From NCBI GenBank assembly GCA_028820995.1, contig JAPPHR010000111.1, positions 1-42,470 of the forward strand: a stretch of DNA of 42,470 nt, given 5' to 3'. The position numbers and the translations under genes were made by a program. Within the stretch, counting starts at the first letter, position 1. The number at the start of each line of letters is the position of its first letter. The stretch comes from Rhodospirillales bacterium (GTDB lineage: Bacteria; Pseudomonadota; Alphaproteobacteria; UBA828). The notes under the pieces are model-generated. The model was not told the DNA's origin, did no database searches, and was given only the letters and a program-made list of their open reading frames with translations. Of the stretch, positions 34,281-42,370 are shown in pieces.

Positions 34281-35762
34281 ATGAGCGACGGGAGTTTGCT
34301 GCTCGGCGTGGACATAGGTAGTTCCGGTGCCAAGGTTGGAGCCTTCGATGCCAGAGGTCGATTGTCGGCCAAGGCCTCGGTGGCGTACCCAACCCACACC
34401 CCCCGTCCAGGTTGGGTCGAGCAGGATCCGAATGCCTGGTGGGCGGCCTGTTGCCGGGCAATCCGGGAGGTCGCAGCCGGCGTCGAAACGCGTCGGATCC
34501 GGGGCGTGAGCGTCGTCGGACTGTCACCGGCGCTAGTCTCGGTCGACCAACACGGCAACGTGGTTTGCCCGGCGCCGATATGGTCGGATCAGAGGTCCGT
34601 TGCAGAAATCGGGGAACTGACCGAAAGGCTCGGACCGATCGCCGGTTTCAGCCCTTTGCCTAGGGCTTTGTGGTTGCGGCGTGCGGAGACGGACAGGTAT
34701 CGGCAGACTTGTCACTTTTTCGAGTCGTTCGACTTTATCAGCTTCATGCTGACCGGCGAGGTAGTGACGGTCTTGCCCTCCGGCCTACCCTTGCCGTGGT
34801 CGCGAGACGACATTCGCGACATCGGTCTGGATGAGGAGAAGTTTCCCACACGCCTCTCTCCGCTGGGGGAGGTCATCGGAGGCGTTACGCCGAACGCGTC
34901 GGCGGAGACGGGTTTGCCGGTGGGATTGCCCGTGGTGTCCGGCACGGTGGACGCGTTTGCCGCGTGGGTAGGCACCGCTACTCTCCGAAGAGGTGAGCTC
35001 TGCAATACGGTCGGAACCACCGATGGCGTTGCGCTCGTCTGGGACCGGCCGCTCGAGGATCCACTCGGACGCGTCCAGTCAATGCCGCACATCGTTGAGA
35101 GGCGAGGGAAGCGCGATTGGATCTTCGGCGGTGCCATGTCCAGCGGTGGGATTGTGCTCGACTGGTTCGTTCGGCGCTTCTACGAGCAGGTGACGGACCC
35201 GTATCGGGTCGTCAGCGATGAAGCGGCATCCGCGCCGGTCGGTGCCGACGGGCTGCTGGTGCTGCCGTATCTGGTGGGCGAACGGTCGCCTATCAACGAC
35301 CCGGATGCGCGCGGGGTTTTTTTCGGTGTTGGAGAAGGGCATCGCCGGTCCCATTTCGCTCGCGCAGTGCTCGAATCGGTGGCGCTCGCGGTTCGTGACG
35401 TGTGCGAGGTTATCCAGGAGGCCGGTGCTCAGATCAGCCAGATCACGGTTGCCGGCGGTGCTTCGCGCAGCGATGTGTGGAATCAGATCAAGGCCGACGT
35501 GATCGGTAAACCGCTGCTGGTCCCGAGCGTGAGCGACTCCAGCTTGCTGGGCGCGGCGATCATCGCCGGCTGGGGTGCAGGCGTGTTCGGGAATCTTTCC
35601 GAAGGAGCGGAAACAATGGTCCAGCATCGGGCCCGTTTCGAGCCGAACTGGACCCACCATGCCCATTATACGGAGTTGCTGCAATTCTACCGCGACCTCT
35701 ACAGAAACCTGAAGAGCGACTTTCCCAGACTCGCCCGCTGGGCCCGTGACCGGACTGACTAG
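34281..35762 (+). CDS. FGGY-family carbohydrate kinase (xylulokinase/glycerol-kinase-like)
   Basis: 493 aa. LLLGVDIGSSGAKVGAFD, WSDQRS, GTTDG and ITVAGGASRSDVWNQIKADV. Confidence 0.88.
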   Translation: MSDGSLLLGVDIGSSGAKVGAFDARGRLSAKASVAYPTHTPRPGWVEQDPNAWWAACCRAIREVAAGVETRRIRGVSVVGLSPALVSVDQHGNVVCPAPIWSDQRSVAEIGELTERLGPIAGFSPLPRALWLRRAETDRYRQTCHFFESFDFISFMLTGEVVTVLPSGLPLPWSRDDIRDIGLDEEKFPTRLSPLGEVIGGVTPNASAETGLPVGLPVVSGTVDAFAAWVGTATLRRGELCNTVGTTDGVALVWDRPLEDPLGRVQSMPHIVERRGKRDWIFGGAMSSGGIVLDWFVRRFYEQVTDPYRVVSDEAASAPVGADGLLVLPYLVGERSPINDPDARGVFFGVGEGHRRSHFARAVLESVALAVRDVCEVIQEAGAQISQITVAGGASRSDVWNQIKADVIGKPLLVPSVSDSSLLGAAIIAGWGAGVFGNLSEGAETMVQHRARFEPNWTHHAHYTELLQFYRDLYRNLKSDFPRLARWARDRTD

Positions 35763-36143
35763 GTGGAGTTCCGGGTCTGGATGTCGTGTTCGTGGGGCTG
35801 GGTAATCTGTCCCAGTCGATGGGTTGCATGGAGCAATTCGAAGACCCTGGATTGCTCAGCAACGTTCGCAATGTGTTGACCCGGATCGAAGACAGTGGCA
35901 TAATTGCAACGGTGAACTCGGAATCCGTAGAAGGGGCGAAACGCTGGATTACTTAAGGGGTGAAGATACTGAGCTGAGCCGTTGACATTTCGGTCATGAC
36001 CTGGGCGCTGGAGCGCATCGCGTCAAGCTTCGGTTCACTCGGAAAGCAGGCGGCGGAAAACGTGACGTTCCAGTTCCGCCGCGGATTTTCCGGTATCAAT
36101 TCTGAGTACACGAGGTCACAGTAAAGCTGGAAGGGAGACAACA

Positions 36144-37229
36144 ATGGCTATCTGTCTATCGCACGGGGGAACGACGATCTATTCTTCTGAATCCCCTTCG
36201 AACGACTTGCTGATTGCAACTGTCGGGGGGGTTGTCTTCTGCAAGCGGGATGGGCTGGGCAGCGCCTGGAGAGTCGACAAGACAGGTCTTGAGAAGCATC
36301 ACGTGATCGCCTTGGTGATCGAGCCGCTCAGCCAGACCATCTTCGCTTCCATGCACGACGGGGGAGTGGCGGCGAGCACGGATTTCGGTGAGACCTGGGA
36401 GTTTCGCAAGAACGGCCTAGCTTACGACAACGTCTATAGCCTGACCTGCAGCCGATCGGGGGACACGGTCCGGCTGTACGCCGGTACGGAACCGGCGCAC
36501 ATCTACTACAGCGACGACATGGGCGGAACCTGGACCGAGCTGCCCTCGCTGAGAACGGTGCCGAGCGTGTCGAAGTGGACCTTTCCGGCCCCGCCTCATG
36601 ACGCGCACGTCATCAACATTACGGTCGATCCGAAGGAAGCGAACGTCATCTATGCCTGCGTGGAACAAGGTGGGGTTTTCAAGAGCATGGACGCGGGCGA
36701 AACCTGGCAGGAACTTCAGGGTTTCAATCACGATTGCCATCGACTGCTGATCCTGTCGTCCGACACAAGCACGCTGTATTTGCCCACCGGGTACGGGTTC
36801 TACCGGAGCTACGACAGAGGCGAGACGTGGGAGAATCTCGGAGGGCGGGTCGCGCGTCTCGGTTATCCCGACCCCATGGTGATTCATCCCACCAACGAGA
36901 AGCTGATGTTTCTGTCCGGGGGAGAGAACGACCCCTATCATTGGATGCAGAGCAAGTCCGCCAATCCGCGCATAGCCCGGAGTCGCGACAGCGGGGAAAC
37001 CTGGGAAGTGCTGGGTAACGGGATGCCCGAAAGACTGGACGCGAGCTTCGAGGCCATGATCCTGGAGGCCTGGAACGGGTCCTGCGAGCTTTACGCCGGG
37101 AACACGAACGGGGAAATCTACTACAGCAACGATGAAGGAGACAGTTGGTCGAAGGCGATCGAAGGAATCCCGGCAGTCTCCAAGACGATTCACCACACCA
37201 TCCTGCGCGCCGATCTGAGCTTCGACTAG
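36144..37229 (+). CDS. BNR/Asp-box repeat beta-propeller protein (sialidase/Ycf48-like fold)
   Basis: 361 aa with six SxDxGxTW-type Asp boxes: STDFGETW, SDDMGGTW, SMDAGETW, SYDRGETW, SRDSGETW, SNDEGDSW. No signal peptide is visible. Confidence 0.85.
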   Translation: MAICLSHGGTTIYSSESPSNDLLIATVGGVVFCKRDGLGSAWRVDKTGLEKHHVIALVIEPLSQTIFASMHDGGVAASTDFGETWEFRKNGLAYDNVYSLTCSRSGDTVRLYAGTEPAHIYYSDDMGGTWTELPSLRTVPSVSKWTFPAPPHDAHVINITVDPKEANVIYACVEQGGVFKSMDAGETWQELQGFNHDCHRLLILSSDTSTLYLPTGYGFYRSYDRGETWENLGGRVARLGYPDPMVIHPTNEKLMFLSGGENDPYHWMQSKSANPRIARSRDSGETWEVLGNGMPERLDASFEAMILEAWNGSCELYAGNTNGEIYYSNDEGDSWSKAIEGIPAVSKTIHHTILRADLSFD

Positions 37230-37355
37230 CACGAGCGACCGTAAGCAGGTCTCGATCAGACGCATGTTCAGGGGACTTTTCCATCCGGAGGCGGCGAACG
37301 GCCTCGAGAGGCCGCGGTCCGACCCGTCAGGTTCAACCGAACAAGGAGTAGAATC

Positions 37356-39170
37356 ATGCTTGGAACGATCTCGCGACTCGTAATCTCTCTGGTACTTGCG
37401 GCGGCGTGGGCAATCGTGTTGGGTGTCCAGGCGGCGGCTCAGACACCGGATCAGGACATTTCGAGAATCACCGGCACGGTCCGCGATAACCGGGGCGACC
37501 CCGTCGTTGGCGCCATGATCAAGGTGCGATGCGATTGCCTGGGAGCCAGCGAGGTTGCCGTCTTCACGGATCAGGCGGGCAGCTATCGGACTCCAGAGCT
37601 GGGTCCGGGTATCTCCGCCGGTGATATCACGATCACCAGCCGCCAAGTAGGATACGAATCGAGCGAGCAGAGTCCGTCCGCGACGTCGGCGGGGGCGGCC
37701 GGTGCTGTGCAGGTCGACTTCACACTCACTCCCATCGACAACGTTGCGGACCAAGTGCCGGGATCAGCCTGGATATCGCTCATGCCCGACACGAACGCCC
37801 GCCGTCGCTTGGTTTACAAGTGTTCGGACTGTCATGAGACTCCGGGCTCCCGGGTGAAGGAATTCGCCAGCAGGCTCGAAGGGCTGACCGTGGATCAGCG
37901 CGAAAAGGCTTGGCGCGCGTCCATCGAATTTATGAGAGCTGCGCTGTTCACAATGACGACCCGAAGCTTCGCGCCTACGGACGAGGAAGTCCATAGATTG
38001 CGGTGGGACATCGATCCGGCCGCGGAGGATTTCCAGATCTACGTAAAACCCGAGAACAGCCGTCACAACCAGGATGACGAAGACATCATCGCGCCGTTTC
38101 TGGCCGAGCACATGCCGACCGACTTCAGCACGTACAGCGTGAGCGACTACCGTGAAACGTTCAACGAAGGAGGCGCGCTCGGAGCCAACGAGAACACCTA
38201 CTTCAAGGTTTACGACTTGCCGCGCGTCTCCCTTGTGCGGGAGGTGACGACAGTCGATGGATCCCGCCATGTGTGGGGGGTCGATAACTTGAAGAACCGT
38301 CTGCTGAAGCTGGATCCAGACACCGGGGAGCAGGAGTGGTACAAAACGCCCTCGAGGCCGTCGGGGCCCCACTCGGTATGGCCGGACACTGAGGGGAACC
38401 TGTGGGTAACGCTCGAGGAGAGCGGAGAGTTGGCAATATTTGATCCGAGTACCGAGAAGTGGGGAGACAGTTACCTGCTGGGAGCCGGAGGCTCCGGGAT
38501 CGTCCATGACATTTGCCAGGACGACGTCCACAACGTGTCGTTCGACGCCGAAGGCAGAATCTGGATGACGTTTACGGGGTTGAACAAGCTCGGAAGCCTG
38601 GATCCGGAGACCGGCGAGGTCAAACTCTACACTATGCCACTGTCGGAAGTGGCCTCGATGCAAACCTTGCTTTATGGATGCGTGATGACCTCGGACGACA
38701 ACATCTGGTTTTCCCAGATCGGCGGTGTCGTGGGCGAGTTCAACACCGAAACCCTCAGGGTAGAGACGATTCTTCCATTCACCGAAGGAGCCGGTCCACG
38801 ACGACTCGCCGTCGGGAAGAACGATATTCTTTATATCCCATTGTTCGGACAAGGTCAGTTGGTCGTCTTTGACACTATCGCGGGCAAGGAACTGGGGAGG
38901 TATGATCTTCCCGACACGGTCGCGGCGCCGTATAGCGCGACCTGGGATCCCGAAAGGGAGGCCGTCTGGGTCAGCTCCAACTCGTCGGATCGAGTCTTTC
39001 GTTTCGATGCCAAGACAAACGAGTTCACGCAGTATCCCTTGCCTCTAGGTCCGGCGCTGCTGCGCTTGATCCTTCTCGACTATCAGACTGGAGATCTATG
39101 GCTGCCGTATTCCACGTTTCCCGTGGACGACAACCCGAGCGTGCTCGTCATGATGCACCCCGGCGATTGA
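37356..39170 (+). CDS. Secreted CarboxypepD_reg-domain / CxxCH / beta-propeller (streptogramin-lyase-like, COG4257-type repeats) protein
   Basis: 604 aa. Signal peptide LVLAAAWAIVLGVQAAAQ. CarboxypepD_reg region ITGTVRDNRGDPVVGAMIKV...TDQAGSYRT. A single haem-c motif is present (KCSDCHE). Repeated blades follow (NLWVTLEESGELAIFDP, RIWMTFTGLNKLGSLDP, NIWFSQIGGVVGEFN, ILYIPLFGQGQLVVFD, AVWVSSNSSDRVFRFD). Confidence 0.8.
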   Translation: MLGTISRLVISLVLAAAWAIVLGVQAAAQTPDQDISRITGTVRDNRGDPVVGAMIKVRCDCLGASEVAVFTDQAGSYRTPELGPGISAGDITITSRQVGYESSEQSPSATSAGAAGAVQVDFTLTPIDNVADQVPGSAWISLMPDTNARRRLVYKCSDCHETPGSRVKEFASRLEGLTVDQREKAWRASIEFMRAALFTMTTRSFAPTDEEVHRLRWDIDPAAEDFQIYVKPENSRHNQDDEDIIAPFLAEHMPTDFSTYSVSDYRETFNEGGALGANENTYFKVYDLPRVSLVREVTTVDGSRHVWGVDNLKNRLLKLDPDTGEQEWYKTPSRPSGPHSVWPDTEGNLWVTLEESGELAIFDPSTEKWGDSYLLGAGGSGIVHDICQDDVHNVSFDAEGRIWMTFTGLNKLGSLDPETGEVKLYTMPLSEVASMQTLLYGCVMTSDDNIWFSQIGGVVGEFNTETLRVETILPFTEGAGPRRLAVGKNDILYIPLFGQGQLVVFDTIAGKELGRYDLPDTVAAPYSATWDPEREAVWVSSNSSDRVFRFDAKTNEFTQYPLPLGPALLRLILLDYQTGDLWLPYSTFPVDDNPSVLVMMHPGD

Positions 39171-39189
39171 TGACTCCCGTGGTCGATGA

Positions 39190-39360
39190 GACTTGTCCGA
39201 GAGGCAAGGAGTCGGAGAGGCGCCCACCGACGATCAATCCGGACGACGCGTCAATGACGGAGTCGACATCCACGTAACCGATCCACGTCACCACATAGGT
39301 CCGATCCGCGACTAGGAGCGGACCCGGACTTGCAGCGGCCCATGCCCTGCCATCCCACAT
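39190..39360 (-). mobile_element. IS3-family transposase (rve integrase core) remnant
   Basis: The minus-strand peptide AAASPGPLLVADRTYVVTWIGYVDVDSVIDASSGLIVGGRLSDSL matches the IS3 OrfB pattern PN.lW.aDiTYv.t..G.vY...viD..SR.ivGw..s.sm. Only about 45-55 codons are present, with no DDE continuation and no inverted repeats. Confidence 0.6.
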
Positions 39361-39484
39361 CGCGTATTCGGCGCACTGGAATCCTGCTCGCCATGCGCGT
39401 CCCCTCGCGATTCTCCTGCTTCAAGACTGCAGCCAATTGTCGATGCGATCAACGACGCAGTGTATGGATGATACGGAGGGCGAC

Positions 39485-40339
39485 ATGAGTGTCGCACTCA
39501 TCACTGGAACGAGCACCGGCATTGGTCGTTCGACAGCGATCGAGCTGGCAAAAAACGGTTACCGCGTATTCGCTTCGATGCGAGATCCAACGGCGGCAGA
39601 CCCGGAGATGGTTTCCTCGGGAAAGGTGGAAGTAATCCGGCTCGACGTCAATGACAACCTTTCGATGGAGTCGGCCGTGGCCGGCGTGCTCGAATTGACT
39701 GGAAGGATCGATATTCTGGTCAACAATGCCGGAATCGGGATCGGAGGCTCGGTCGAGGAAACGACCGAAAAAGACCTGCGTGACATCATGGAGACCAACT
39801 TCTTCGGTGCTTGGCGCATGATGCAGTTGGTGCTGCCCGGCATGCGCATTCGAGGTGGCGGGCACATCGTGAACGTGACCTCGGTAGCCGGCAGGTTTGT
39901 CATGGCGTTTCAGGGCCCGTACGCGTCCTCGAAACATGCGCTGGAGGCGGCCAGCGAAGCCCTCGCGCAGGAGGTATTTCGATACAACGTGCGGGTTTCG
40001 ATCATTGAGCCCGGTGCGATCAAGACGCCCATTTTTGACAAGGCAATGGCGCTGGAGCGACCGACGAAATCACCCTATGTGCAATCTTTTAACCGGCTCA
40101 TGGAGGTTTTCGAGAAGAGGCTCCAGGACCCGTCTCCGCCGGAATTGGTCGCCGCGACGATTCGACGCGCCATCGAGACCGATCAGCCGAAGTTACGTTA
40201 TCTCGTCGGGGAAGATGCCGAACTGTGGGTGGCAGGTCGGGCCAAAATGTCGGATGAGGAGTACGTGGCAGCTGGCGGAAAGATGAGTTCCGGGGAATTC
40301 AAGAACTGGTATGAGGAAAAATTTAGGATGGAACTGTGA
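39485..40339 (+). CDS. Short-chain dehydrogenase/reductase (classical SDR)
   Basis: 284 aa from MSVALITGTSTGIGRS. Motifs NNAGIG and catalytic YASSKHAL. RBS ggaggg precedes the ATG at 39485. Confidence 0.88.
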   Translation: MSVALITGTSTGIGRSTAIELAKNGYRVFASMRDPTAADPEMVSSGKVEVIRLDVNDNLSMESAVAGVLELTGRIDILVNNAGIGIGGSVEETTEKDLRDIMETNFFGAWRMMQLVLPGMRIRGGGHIVNVTSVAGRFVMAFQGPYASSKHALEAASEALAQEVFRYNVRVSIIEPGAIKTPIFDKAMALERPTKSPYVQSFNRLMEVFEKRLQDPSPPELVAATIRRAIETDQPKLRYLVGEDAELWVAGRAKMSDEEYVAAGGKMSSGEFKNWYEEKFRMEL

Positions 40340-40396
40340 TTCTCACCCTCCTGAACCGAACGGTTTTCCGGTCACCAACTCCGCAGGTGGTGTGAC

Positions 40397-41428
40397 ATAA
40401 GACTCACAGGCAAAAAGGCGCTTGTCACGGGAGCGACCGGCTTCATCGGGGGCCGGCTTGCAGAACGACTGAAGAAGGAAGAGAACGCCGAAGTACGGAC
40501 CCTAGTCCGCTCACCAGAGAAAGCCCGCAGCCTCGCATCGATCGGCATCGAGATCGTGGAAGGCGATGTCACGGATCCCACGTCCGTTCGCCGAGCCATG
40601 GCGGGCTGCTCCCTGGCTTTCCACTGCGCCGCGCTTATGCACGACGCCGGCGCCACGTTTGAGGGTTTTCGTCAGGTCAATGTCGGCGGGACGGCGAATG
40701 TTCTGGACGCAGCTACGGATGCGGGCATCGAGTTGCTGGTGTACATCAGCAGCATTGCCGTCTACGGTATCGATCCCAAGGCACATACAGATGAGACCGG
40801 CCTATTCCGGACAACGGGAATCCCGTACTCCGACTCCAAGATCGAGGCGGAACGGCTGGTCTACCGGCATGCGGAGCGAACGAATCTTCCATTGGTCATT
40901 ATCCGGCCAGCCAACGTTTACGGGCCCCGGTCCTCGTTTTGGACGCTCGGCTTGCTGACCATGATCGATGCCGGCAGGCTCACGCTCATCGATGACGGGA
41001 GCGGGAAGTCCAACCATCTCTATATTGACAACCTAGTCGATGCCATCCTTGCGGCTGCCCGGACGGACTCGGCGGTAAACGAGGATTTCATCATCAGCGA
41101 CGGTGCGGAGACTCCCTGGAGTGAGTTCCTCGGACACTATGCAAAAATGGCTGGCCGAAGTTCTCTGCCCAGCATTTCGCTCACCCGGGCGAAGTGCAGG
41201 GCCTTCCTGTCCGAGTTCGGTACTCGAGTTGTTGGCGGAACGCCGAGACTGACCCGTATCGAAGTCCGCTGTTGGACGCAATCCGGCATATTTGACATTT
41301 CGAAGGCGCGACGCGTGCTGAACTATGCACCGCGCGTATCATTGAACGAAGGGATGAAAAAAACCGAGCACTGGCTGCGCGAGATCGGTCATATCGCCCG
41401 AGCCTCCTCCGCTCGGGGGAAGTCTTAG
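40397..41428 (+). CDS. NAD-dependent epimerase/dehydratase (extended SDR) lacking a canonical start codon (ATA at the expected start)
   Basis: The open frame from 40355 encodes (I)RLTGKKALVTGATGFIGGRL...YSDSKIEAE... The first in-frame ATG/GTG/TTG is the GTG at 40556, which lies after the Rossmann motif. AGGTGG at 40385..40390 sits 6 nt upstream of ATA at 40397..40399. Confidence 0.7.
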   Translation: MRLTGKKALVTGATGFIGGRLAERLKKEENAEVRTLVRSPEKARSLASIGIEIVEGDVTDPTSVRRAMAGCSLAFHCAALMHDAGATFEGFRQVNVGGTANVLDAATDAGIELLVYISSIAVYGIDPKAHTDETGLFRTTGIPYSDSKIEAERLVYRHAERTNLPLVIIRPANVYGPRSSFWTLGLLTMIDAGRLTLIDDGSGKSNHLYIDNLVDAILAAARTDSAVNEDFIISDGAETPWSEFLGHYAKMAGRSSLPSISLTRAKCRAFLSEFGTRVVGGTPRLTRIEVRCWTQSGIFDISKARRVLNYAPRVSLNEGMKKTEHWLREIGHIARASSARGKS

Positions 41429-41467
41429 CTCGAGGCCGCCTGGATCTCCGGGGCCGGAGGAGAGTGG

Positions 41468-42277
41468 ATGTTTGACAAGGGGCTAGAGAGAGAAAGAAGG
41501 GTCGGACGCCTGTTCGGCGGCGACGGGCGGAGCTTGGTCGTCGCGATCGACCATGGCGGCGGTATCAACGTGTATCCGGAGTTGGCCGATCCCGGGCTGA
41601 TCATCGCCCAGGTCGCCGAAGGTGGCGCCGACGCGATCCTAGCGAACCCGGGCGCGGTTCGACGCTACGCCACCGAATTGAAGTCTTTGGGAGTGATCTT
41701 GAGGATGGATGGAGGCGCGTCGCTGCTCAGCAAAACGCCCGAGTCGAGACTTCTCTTCTCGGTTGAGGACGCTCTGCGGCTGGGGGCGGATGCAGTAGCA
41801 TGCATGGGCTTTCCGGGCACGCCGTTGGAGGGGCACACTTTGGCCAACCTCGCAAACCTGGCGGGCCAGTGCCAGAACTGGGGCATGCCCTTGATGGCGG
41901 AGGTGCTGCCAGGAGGTTTCACCCACATGGAGCTCCGCACTCCGGAGAATGTGCAGCTGGCAGCCCGTATCGGTGTGGAGTTGGGAGCCGACCTGATCAA
42001 GACCGAGTTCACGGGATCGGAGGACAGCTTCAAAGCCGTCGTGGAGAACTGTTTTCGACCCGTGCTGGTGCTTGGCGGAAGCAAGTTGGATGACGAGAGT
42101 GCGCTGTTCAGGATGGTCAGGAGCGCTTTGAACGCCGGGGCCGTAGGGGCTGTCATCGGCCGGAACGTGTGGGGTCATCGTAACCCGCGAGCGTTCGTCG
42201 AGGCATTGTCGCATCTCGTTCACGGTGACGCGTCGGTCGAGGAGACCCTGGAGTTTTTCAAGAGCGCGAGCGCATGA
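41468..42277 (+). CDS. Class I aldolase of the DhnA/FbaB/LsrF (DeoC-like) family
   Basis: 269 aa. VVAIDHG, GADAILANPG, ILRMDGG, Schiff-base lysine context GADLIKTEF, and VIGRNVW. Confidence 0.85.
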   Translation: MFDKGLERERRVGRLFGGDGRSLVVAIDHGGGINVYPELADPGLIIAQVAEGGADAILANPGAVRRYATELKSLGVILRMDGGASLLSKTPESRLLFSVEDALRLGADAVACMGFPGTPLEGHTLANLANLAGQCQNWGMPLMAEVLPGGFTHMELRTPENVQLAARIGVELGADLIKTEFTGSEDSFKAVVENCFRPVLVLGGSKLDDESALFRMVRSALNAGAVGAVIGRNVWGHRNPRAFVEALSHLVHGDASVEETLEFFKSASA

Positions 42278-42370
42278 CTCCGACCGCTGGAGAAGTATCC
42301 AAACTGAGGGAATGAAAGCGGTTATCCTGTCGGGGTTAGTAGGTCAGTCGGGAGAGCGTCTGCTTCACAT

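Noticed and set aside
37285-37310. Possible terminator hairpin ggcctc-ga-gaggcc after the BNR gene.
   Set aside because: The loop is too short as drawn. Alternative pairings give only a 4-bp stem, and there is no U-tract.
33225-42277. Lsr-like AI-2 processing set (FGGY kinase as LsrK, DhnA-type aldolase as LsrF).
   Set aside because: There is no LsrACDB transporter, LsrG or LsrR. The kinase and aldolase are 6 kb apart with unrelated genes between them. Generic sugar or polyol catabolism is the simpler reading.
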